Part shown: piece after piece, positions 25,584 to 31,787 of the stretch
How positions within the stretch are numbered: position 1 is the stretch's first letter
Layout: the number at the start of each line of letters is the position of its first letter
Assembly: GCA_044229145.1 (NCBI GenBank)
Contig: JBGATO010000045.1
Span: 1-31,787, forward strand
Origin: Candidatus Eiseniibacteriota bacterium
Lineage (GTDB): Bacteria; Eisenbacteria; RBG-16-71-46; CAZEPH01
Length of the DNA: 31,787 bases
Reading direction: 5' to 3'
Translations under genes and position numbers: made by a program
The notes under the pieces: generated by a model
Databases searched by the model: none
Seen by the model: the letters and a program-made list of their open reading frames with translations, nothing else
Told to the model about the DNA's origin: nothing

Positions 25584-27407
25584 TTGATCGTCGCGTCCGC
25601 CCGCCGTGTGCTTGCTTGCTGCGCCGTGCTCACCGTAGTCGTCCCGCATTCCGCGACCGCGATGCCGGCGATGCCCGCTGACGCGCCGCGCCCGTTCCAC
25701 GCGTCCGCCGTGATGCGTGTGCCCGCCGGTGTCGATGCCGCCGCGCCGCACCGCACCGCGCCCATCACCGGCACTTGGAAGGCGATCGTCATCCTGGTCG
25801 ACTTCCTCGACTACCACTGGGACAACGGGCACGACCCGAACTTCGCCAATCCGGACAGCACGCACACCTACGCGCAGTCGCATTTCCAGCAGATGCTGTT
25901 CAGCGACAATTCGTATCGCGACCCCTTCTCGAGCAGCGCGTACACCGGCAGCATGCGCGACTTCTACCGCGACAACTCCTACGGGCAGTTCTCGCTCACC
26001 GGCACCGTGACCGCGTGGGTGCGGTTGCCGCACACCTACCGCTACTACTGCAACACCGACGCGAAGGCCGGCACCGCCGACGACTACGGCTGGGCGAAAA
26101 GCGACTCCGCGATGGTGCAGGACTTGGTGCGCGACGCGGTCCTCGCCGTCAATCCGACGGTCGACTTCTCACAGTTCGACAACGACCACAACGGCACCGT
26201 CGACGGCGTGTTCATCGTGCATGCGGGACCGGGCGCCGAAGCCATCTACTCGAGCAGCACCAGCAGCGCGCCGGCCTACGTGTGGTCGCACAAGTGGTCG
26301 ATCCCGGCGACCGTCGTCGATGGCGTGACGGTCTCCAACTACAGCATCGAGCCGGAGGACGGCGCGGTCGGTGTGTTCTGTCACGAGTTCGGCCACGTGC
26401 TCGGGCTGCCCGACTTGTACGATCTCGACGGCAGTTCGGAAGGTGTCGGCGAATGGGACGTCATGGGCTCGGGCGGCTGGAACTTCCGCGCCGGTGACGC
26501 CAAAGGCACCAGCCCGGCGCACTTCTCGGCATGGAGCAAGGTGCAACTCGGATGGGTGACGCCGACCGTCGTGACCTCGCCGCGCGTCGCGCAGACCATC
26601 GCGCCGGCGGAAACGTCGCCCGCGATCTTCCGCCTGTGGACCGGCGGCGCCGGCGGAAGCGAATATTTCCTGATCGAGAACCGTCAGCAGATCGGCTTCG
26701 ATGCCGGACTCACGCGCCGGCAGTACGACTTCAGCCTCACGCCGGCCAGCGGCCTGATGATCTGGCACGTCGACGACGCGGTGGCCGACAACAGCAACGA
26801 ACTGCACAAAAAGCTCGATGTCGTCGAGTCGACGCCGTACTGGACCGGCAGCGCGTGGTACGAGCAACTCGACCACACGCGCCTCCGCCCGGCGGACCAA
26901 TACCTGTCGAACGGCAACCGCGGCGACAACGGCGATCCGTGGCCGGGCTTCTCGGCGCTCAATGCGTCGCTCACCGACTACGCCGGCCCGCGGAACAAGG
27001 ACGCCTTCGGCACCAACACGGTGCCGTCGTCGAAGAGCTACAGCGGCGCCGCCACCGGCGTGGCGATTACGCACATCGCGGTGAGCGGCACGGACATCGT
27101 CGCGGACTTGTACACGTCGACGCCGACCGCCGTGGCGGCTCCGGCCGCCGAGCGTGCGGCGCTGCGCACACGCGGCTCGCACGTCGAATGGACGCTGCCG
27201 CGCGCCGCGAGCGAGGCGCAGGTCGAGGTGTTCGACACCCGCGGCCGGCGCGTCGCGACCTTGGTGCAGGGTGCGCTGACGGCCGGAGCGCACGCGTGGG
27301 AGTGGGGGACGACGGCGGCGGCGGGCGTCTACGTGGTGCGTGCCCATGCGCGCGACGCGCACGGTGTCGTGGCGGAGGAGAGCGCGCGGCTGCTGATCGC
27401 CCGCTAA
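25584..27407 (+). CDS. Secreted M6-family (immune inhibitor A-like) zinc metalloprotease with C-terminal FlgD-Ig/T9SS-CTD-like domain
   Basis: GGAGG RBS with TTG start; signal peptide; 'GSMRDFYRDNSYG', 'VDFSQFDND.NG.VD..FIVHAG', HEFGHVLGLPD, Met-turn 'WDVMGSG', 'EYFLIENRQ'; C-terminal 'VEVFDTRGRRVATL...GVYVVR'. Confidence 0.9.
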   Translation: MIVASARRVLACCAVLTVVVPHSATAMPAMPADAPRPFHASAVMRVPAGVDAAAPHRTAPITGTWKAIVILVDFLDYHWDNGHDPNFANPDSTHTYAQSHFQQMLFSDNSYRDPFSSSAYTGSMRDFYRDNSYGQFSLTGTVTAWVRLPHTYRYYCNTDAKAGTADDYGWAKSDSAMVQDLVRDAVLAVNPTVDFSQFDNDHNGTVDGVFIVHAGPGAEAIYSSSTSSAPAYVWSHKWSIPATVVDGVTVSNYSIEPEDGAVGVFCHEFGHVLGLPDLYDLDGSSEGVGEWDVMGSGGWNFRAGDAKGTSPAHFSAWSKVQLGWVTPTVVTSPRVAQTIAPAETSPAIFRLWTGGAGGSEYFLIENRQQIGFDAGLTRRQYDFSLTPASGLMIWHVDDAVADNSNELHKKLDVVESTPYWTGSAWYEQLDHTRLRPADQYLSNGNRGDNGDPWPGFSALNASLTDYAGPRNKDAFGTNTVPSSKSYSGAATGVAITHIAVSGTDIVADLYTSTPTAVAAPAAERAALRTRGSHVEWTLPRAASEAQVEVFDTRGRRVATLVQGALTAGAHAWEWGTTAAAGVYVVRAHARDAHGVVAEESARLLIAR

Positions 27408-27414
27408 GACTGCG

Positions 27415-28434
27415 TCAGCGGCGCGCCGCCGCCTGGTGCGCGACGAGCGTCTCGGCGATCTGCACGGCGTTGGTCGCCGCGCCCTTGCGCAGGTTGTCCG
27501 AAACGCACCACAGCGCCAGCGAGCGCGGCGCCGACTCGTCACGGCGGATGCGGCCCACCAGCACGGTGTCGTCGCCGGCGGCGTCTTCCGGCAGCGGCAC
27601 GACACTCGACGCCACATCGTCCATGACGCGCACGCCGGGGAAGGCGGCGCACAAGCGGCGCGCGTCGTCCGGATCAGGCTCGCGCTCGAACTCCGCGACG
27701 ATCGCCTCGCCGTGACCCACCGGCACCGGCACGCGCACGCAGGTCGCCACCACGCCGATCGCCGGATCGTGCAGGATCTTGCGCGTCTCGTGGACCATCT
27801 TCCACTCCTCGCGCGTGCTGCCGTCGGGCATCGGCGAGTCGATGAGCGGAATCACGTTGTGGCGGATTCGGCGGTGGAAGGCGCGTGGCGCGGCGCCCGC
27901 ATCCGCCTCCTGCGCCTGCAGGTCGGCGATGCCGGCCTGGCCCTTGCCGCTCACCGACTGATACGTCGCGACGACGATGCGGCGCAGTCCCCACGCGCGG
28001 TGCAGTGGCGCGAGCGCCATGAGCATTCCGATGGTGGAGCAGTTGGGCACCGCGATGATGCCGTGATGCGCCTGCACGTCATCGCCATTGATCTCTGGGA
28101 TCACCAGCGGAACGTCGTCGTCCATGCGCCAGGCGCTCGAGTTGTCGATCACCACCGCGCCGCGTTCGGCCACCGCGCGCGCCACCCGCTTCGAGGTGTC
28201 GCCGCCGGCCGACATCAGGGCGATCGCCACGCTGCCCGGCGCGATCGCTTCGGGGGCGAACTCCTCGACCACGACCTCCGACCCGCGGAACGGAATGCGC
28301 GTCCCCGCCGAGCGTGCGGTGGCGAACAACCGCAGCGTCGACACCGGAAACGCGCGCTCCTCGAGCACGCGCACCATGCAGCGTCCGACCGCGCCGGTGG
28401 CGCCAATGACCGCGACCGGGACGCCGCCGCTCAC
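27415..28434 (-). CDS. asd: Aspartate-semialdehyde dehydrogenase
   Basis: GATGAVG, 'VIDNSSAWRM', catalytic 'PNCST', 'TYQSVSG', 'EEWKMVHET', 'TCVRVPV..GH', 'DNLRKGAATNAVQIAE'; GTGA overlap with the upstream stop. Confidence 0.96.
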   Translation of the reverse strand: MSGGVPVAVIGATGAVGRCMVRVLEERAFPVSTLRLFATARSAGTRIPFRGSEVVVEEFAPEAIAPGSVAIALMSAGGDTSKRVARAVAERGAVVIDNSSAWRMDDDVPLVIPEINGDDVQAHHGIIAVPNCSTIGMLMALAPLHRAWGLRRIVVATYQSVSGKGQAGIADLQAQEADAGAAPRAFHRRIRHNVIPLIDSPMPDGSTREEWKMVHETRKILHDPAIGVVATCVRVPVPVGHGEAIVAEFEREPDPDDARRLCAAFPGVRVMDDVASSVVPLPEDAAGDDTVLVGRIRRDESAPRSLALWCVSDNLRKGAATNAVQIAETLVAHQAAARR

Positions 28435-29702
28435 TTCTTGCCCTTCGCCTTGGGCCGCGCCGGCTTCTTCGCGCCGCCCTTCGCGGCCGGCGCCGCGCTC
28501 TTGGTCACCACGGCCTTGGGGGCCGGCGCGCTCACCGACGACCACAGCGCCTTCCAGGCCTCCGGGGCCGCGCTCACCGCCTCCTCCGGCACCGCCACGA
28601 TGCGTCCGCCGGCCGCCGCGAGCGCCGCCACCTGGCGCTTGGCCAGCGCGAGATCGCTCCCGTCCGCGAGGATGCCGAGGCCGGGCGCGTGCCGCGTCTC
28701 CGGCGTGCTGTGCACCAACTCCCGCATCGTGCTGTCCATCGCCGCGACGAGGTCCGCGTTGGTGCGCGCGGTCGGCCGCACCAGCACCCAGCTGATCGCC
28801 GCGCGCTTGTTCCAGTAGATCAGGTCTTGCACGTGGTCGCGGCGCTCCGGGCTCGCGTGGATGACCACCGCGGTGGTCGGGCCTTCGCTCTGGCGCCGCA
28901 GGTTCTTGGTGAAGCCGCTCACGAACGGACGCGTCTGCACGTTGCGGAACGTCCACCAGTCCTGCCACTCCATCGAGTCCGCCGGCGTGAGGCCGCGCGG
29001 GTCGACCGGGTCGTACTGCTGCTGGAACAGCGCGTTGGACGATGCGTCGAAGCTGAAGTCGAGCGACGGCAACTCGATGCGGTCGAGCAGCACGCCGGCC
29101 ACCGGATAGCGGCCGATCGCTTCGAGCAGGGTCTTCATCAGGAACTGGTGCACGTCGCGGATGGTCGGGCTCAGCGTGTAACGGCGCACGCCGGCGATCG
29201 AGTCGACGTAGCCGACCTGACCGTCGCGGTTCACCGCGGCCCACGTCGGACGGCCGCGCAGGAACGGGCCGGGATCGTTCTTCGCCGCGAGGGGCGTGCG
29301 CCACACTTCGAAGCCGGCGGACGGCCACAGCCAGCAGCGCAGCCCGCGCTCGTAGCAGCCCTTCGACACGACGGTGAGCGGATCGCGGCCCGCGAGCGTG
29401 GTGTCCGAATCGGCGAGCTGGCTGTTCTCGTACGGCACCGTGCCCATGTCCCAGATGTCGACGGCGACGTCGGTGGCGCCGGCACGCTTGACCGCGTCGA
29501 GGCGGGCGAGCAGTTCGGCGTCCGGCAGTCGCAGCGCAGGCCGCGCCATCATCGCCATGCGGACGTAGCTGGTGTCCGGTGGCTCGCCGACCGGCACCAC
29601 GGTGAGGAACTCCTGCGCCAGCGCGGCAGTCTGCGCGGCGAACAGGACGCAGGCGCCGGCCAGCCAGCCGGCGAGACGCTTACGAACGCGAGGTGAGGGC
29701 AT
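28431..29702 (-). CDS. Exported glycoside-hydrolase-like family 10 (GHL10/DUF187) protein with Ala/Lys/Pro-rich tail
   Basis: Signal peptide; 'DPL......ERGLRCWLW', 'LSPTIRDV..FL....LEAIGRYPVAGVLLD', 'WWTFR', 'QDLIYW'. Start is ATG29702 or TTG29711. Confidence 0.72.
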   Translation of the reverse strand: MPSPRVRKRLAGWLAGACVLFAAQTAALAQEFLTVVPVGEPPDTSYVRMAMMARPALRLPDAELLARLDAVKRAGATDVAVDIWDMGTVPYENSQLADSDTTLAGRDPLTVVSKGCYERGLRCWLWPSAGFEVWRTPLAAKNDPGPFLRGRPTWAAVNRDGQVGYVDSIAGVRRYTLSPTIRDVHQFLMKTLLEAIGRYPVAGVLLDRIELPSLDFSFDASSNALFQQQYDPVDPRGLTPADSMEWQDWWTFRNVQTRPFVSGFTKNLRRQSEGPTTAVVIHASPERRDHVQDLIYWNKRAAISWVLVRPTARTNADLVAAMDSTMRELVHSTPETRHAPGLGILADGSDLALAKRQVAALAAAGGRIVAVPEEAVSAAPEAWKALWSSVSAPAPKAVVTKSAAPAAKGGAKKPARPKAKGKK

Positions 29703-30420
29703 ACCAGGCAATGTTCACTCCCATGCGAAACGCTTCCTCGCGCTTGGGCGCGGGGTCGTTGTGGGCGGACGTCCACCCATCGGTGATGTTGCTGTTGTAC
29801 GTGTAGAACACGGCGAGCCGTCCCCGTACGAACAGCCCGTAGCCCTTGGGCGGGCCGGGATAGTGCTCGTGGGTTTTCGGCAGGCCGTGCGGGAAATCGT
29901 AGACGGCATGATAGATCGGATGGCTGAATGGCAACTCGACCAGCGGCTTGTCCGGATAGAGCCGGGCAATCAGCTGGCGGAACGAGTCGTCCATCCCGTA
30001 GTCGTCGTCCGCGTAGAGGAAACCGCCGGCTTCGAGATAGCGGCGCAATCGTTCCACCTCGCGGTCGGTCGCGGTGATCTTGCCGTGCCCGGTGAGGTAC
30101 AGCATCGGGTAGGAGAACAGCTCCGCGTCGCTCAGGCTCACCACGTGTTTTTCGACCGCGACGTGGGCACGGGTGCGGCGGGCGAGTTCCCGCAGCAGGT
30201 CGGTTTCCGCCGACGGGTCGTTGTACCAGTCGCCTCCGCCCGTGTACTTGACCCGGGCGATGCTGAAGCGGTCGTCGAGTGCCGGTGAGGTCGGATCGAG
30301 CGCCCCGCCGCCGGTGACCTGCGCGGCGCCGCGGACTGCGACGAGCGCTACGGCCAACGCCGCACACCCGGCTGCCAAACGGCGCCAGGGCGAACGCAGC
30401 GAAGCGGCGGATGCGAACAC
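29680..30420 (-). CDS. DUF4159 domain protein (exported)
   Basis: 'IARVKYTGGGDWYNDP', 'YPMLYLTGHG', 'LRRYLEAGGFLYADDDYG', 'ELPFSHPIY', 'AFRMGVNI'; signal peptide after GTG30420. Confidence 0.85.
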   Translation of the reverse strand: MFASAASLRSPWRRLAAGCAALAVALVAVRGAAQVTGGGALDPTSPALDDRFSIARVKYTGGGDWYNDPSAETDLLRELARRTRAHVAVEKHVVSLSDAELFSYPMLYLTGHGKITATDREVERLRRYLEAGGFLYADDDYGMDDSFRQLIARLYPDKPLVELPFSHPIYHAVYDFPHGLPKTHEHYPGPPKGYGLFVRGRLAVFYTYNSNITDGWTSAHNDPAPKREEAFRMGVNIAWYALTSRS

Positions 30421-30486
30421 GAAGGGGACGGTCTCCAGGTGACGGAGAAGCAGACGAGGGCGGCAGTGCGCCGCAGGCGAGCGGCG

Positions 30487-30495
30487 ACGATAGCA
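30487..30495 (-). promoter_or_regulatory. Putative extended -10 element for the DUF4159-GHL10-asd operon
   Basis: Minus strand TG-C-TATCGT, resembling TGCTAGCGT at liv and selA. Confidence 0.4.
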
Positions 30496-30533
30496 CAGGG
30501 CTGGGACGCACGGCAGCCCGTGTGGGTGCACGC

Positions 30534-31127
30534 GTGCCGCTGATCCCGACGCCGATTGCGCGCCGGCCAGCCCCAGCCGCACTGCTTGCCGATCTCGACG
30601 GCACACTGGTCGATTCGCCGCTCGACCTCGACGCCCTCAAGCGCGAGATCGGCGCCCACGGCACCACCATCCTCGAGCACCTCGCGGCCCTGCCGGCCGT
30701 GGCCGCGGCGCACGGCTGGGAGATCGTCCACGCGCACGAGGCGCGGGCTGCCGAACACGCGGTGTGGGCGCCCGGGGCGCAGCGCCTGGTGTCACGCTGC
30801 GCCACGCTCGGCATCCCCCTGGCCCTGGTGACCAACAACGCCGCCGCGATCGTCCGCCCGGTACTCGATCGCCTCGGCCTCGCGTGCGCCACGTTGGTGA
30901 CGCGCGAAGATGCGCCGCCGAAGCCATCGCCCGATCCGCTGCTCCTGGCGCTCGACCGCCTCGCAGTCCCGGCGCAGCGCGCCGTCTTCCTCGGCGACGC
31001 CGAACTCGACGTGCGGGCGGGCGAGGCCGCTGGTGTGTTCACCGTACACGTCGGTCCGCGCTGTGCCGGCCTGTGCCGCGCGCACGCCGCGACCCTCGAC
31101 GACGCCTGGCCGCTGCTCGGCGTGTAG
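30534..31127 (+). CDS. HAD-superfamily hydrolase (phosphoglycolate phosphatase-like)
   Basis: Motif I DLDGTLVDS, motif II VTNN, motif III KPSPDP, motif IV GDAELD. Start uncertain (GTG30522 or GTG30534). Confidence 0.85.
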   Translation: MPLIPTPIARRPAPAALLADLDGTLVDSPLDLDALKREIGAHGTTILEHLAALPAVAAAHGWEIVHAHEARAAEHAVWAPGAQRLVSRCATLGIPLALVTNNAAAIVRPVLDRLGLACATLVTREDAPPKPSPDPLLLALDRLAVPAQRAVFLGDAELDVRAGEAAGVFTVHVGPRCAGLCRAHAATLDDAWPLLGV

Positions 31128-31267
31128 GACGCCGCGTGCGCCCTGCACGCCGGCGATGCATCGTGCACGTGCGGGAGCCCTTCCGGCCTCACATCGAACT
31201 TGCGTCTGCGTGCGCAACGTGTTGAGAGATGGCGAATTGAACGGACGACATCGAGTCGCCGGACAAG

Positions 31268-31282
31268 TGGCACACGCGTTGC
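31268..31282 (+). promoter_or_regulatory. Sigma-54 (-24/-12) promoter
   Basis: TGGCAC-ACGCG-TTGC is an exact match to the TGGCAC-N5-TTGC consensus, in an intergenic gap between convergent genes. Confidence 0.7.
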
Positions 31283-31293
31283 CCTCTTTCCCC

Positions 31294-31554
31294 GCGTCAG
31301 AGACGAATCGGTCGCGTCCCGCGTGCCAGCGAGGGGACGCGACGCAGGGCTGGGGCACCGGACCGCATAGCGACAGCCGGGCTTCAGAGCAAGATGCGCG
31401 AGCGCGATGGCTGCGCGGTCGCGCATCGGTGGAACGGCGGGGTTGGGGAGGACCTCATGAGGTGGGGAGGTGGGTCATTGCCCCGCCCCGTCGTTGCTCC
31501 ACCACAGACACTGCGGGGCGAGTCCTTTCGGGGACGCGCCCCGCGGTGCGTTTC
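31294..31554 (+). ncRNA. Candidate sigma-54-dependent structured small RNA (family not recognised)
   Basis: Starts at the predicted +1 of the sigma-54 promoter; consecutive stem-loops whose G-U pairs favour the + strand; ends in a UUCG-capped hairpin; no credible ORF. Confidence 0.5.
31509..31554 (+). terminator. Terminator-like hairpin (possibly bidirectional)
   Basis: CACTGCGGGGCG-A-GTCCT-TTCG-GGGAC-G-CGCCCCGCGGTG followed by CGTTT; abuts the stop codon of the convergent gene. Confidence 0.6.
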
Positions 31555-31786
31555 AGCGCAGCGTCTCGATGGCGGCGCGCAGCATCGCCGGATCGCCGGT
31601 TGGCGCGGAGCACGTGGAGCCTGCGCACACGAAGGCGCGCGGCGTCTCTCCCGCGCTCCCCGACGCGAGCAAGGACCCGGCGATGTCGCGGGCCGGCGCG
31701 GGAAGCGAGCCGGGCAACTCGCGCGTGAGATCGACCGAGACGACGGTGCGCGCCGGATGGTAGGCGGCGAGCGCGGCGCGGCGCAG
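31553..31786 (-). CDS. 3' end of a YyaL/DUF255 (SPATA20-like thioredoxin-domain) protein, partial
   Basis: My translation (absent from the ORF track): ..AAYHPARTVV..PRAFVCAGSTCSAPTGDPAMLRAAIETLR*, matching the family C-terminal A[YF]VC-x4-C-x2-P motif. Confidence 0.75.
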   Translation of the reverse strand: MRRAALAAYHPARTVVSVDLTRELPGSLPAPARDIAGSLLASGSAGETPRAFVCAGSTCSAPTGDPAMLRAAIETLR

Positions 31787-31787
31787 C

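Noticed and set aside
27415..29328. Apparent long N-terminal extensions on asd, livM, livG, pilA and pilO in the ORF track
   Set aside because: The extensions overlap upstream genes in another frame; the true starts are marked by RBSs and/or stop-start overlaps.
31428..31504. TCCACCA end suggesting tmRNA or tRNA (incl. tRNA-Sec, given selA)
   Set aside because: No T-loop (GTTCGA), cloverleaf or UCA anticodon arm; TCCACC simply pairs with GGTGGA.
31394..31787. + strand ORF with GGAGG-N5-ATG at 31457 running off the window
   Set aside because: It crosses a terminator-like hairpin and is the in-register antisense of the YyaL gene; composition is not protein-like. Not fully excluded without ribosome profiling.
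1..31787. CRISPR arrays, IS elements, prophage or defence systems (e.g. SMC as Wadjet/MksB)
   Set aside because: No repeat-spacer arrays or mobile genes were seen. The SMC has a canonical hinge and an ftsY context, with no jet/mks partners.

Overview
GC-rich bacterial chromosomal window. Lineage is inferred, not established: a diderm FCB-related candidate lineage such as Eisenbacteria/Krumholzibacteria/Latescibacteria, suggested by the TWGxxK protein tails and an FlgD-Ig/T9SS-like C-terminal domain. In order, it holds: a complete livKHMGF branched-chain amino-acid ABC transporter; a convergent secreted choice-of-anchor-C protein; a 10-gene type IV filament cluster (pilD, pilB, pilC, one major and two minor pilins, fused PilM-PilN, PilO, a membrane-anchored PilP/GspC-like protein and a compact secretin, with no pilT); selA; smc-TPR-ftsY; three minus-strand exported-protein genes, two of them paralogs; an M6 metalloprotease; a DUF4159-GHL10-asd operon; a HAD hydrolase; and the 3' end of a YyaL/DUF255 gene. 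Main leads: (1) a fixed-spacing C-terminal motif, TP-x4-TWG-x-[IV]-K-x2-[FY], on three signal-peptide proteins from two unrelated families, a candidate sorting signal; (2) a perfect sigma-54 promoter leading into a ~260-nt multi-hairpin region with no credible ORF, a candidate sRNA; (3) the T2SS/T4aP-hybrid architecture of the filament cluster. No tRNA, rRNA, CRISPR array or mobile element was seen.
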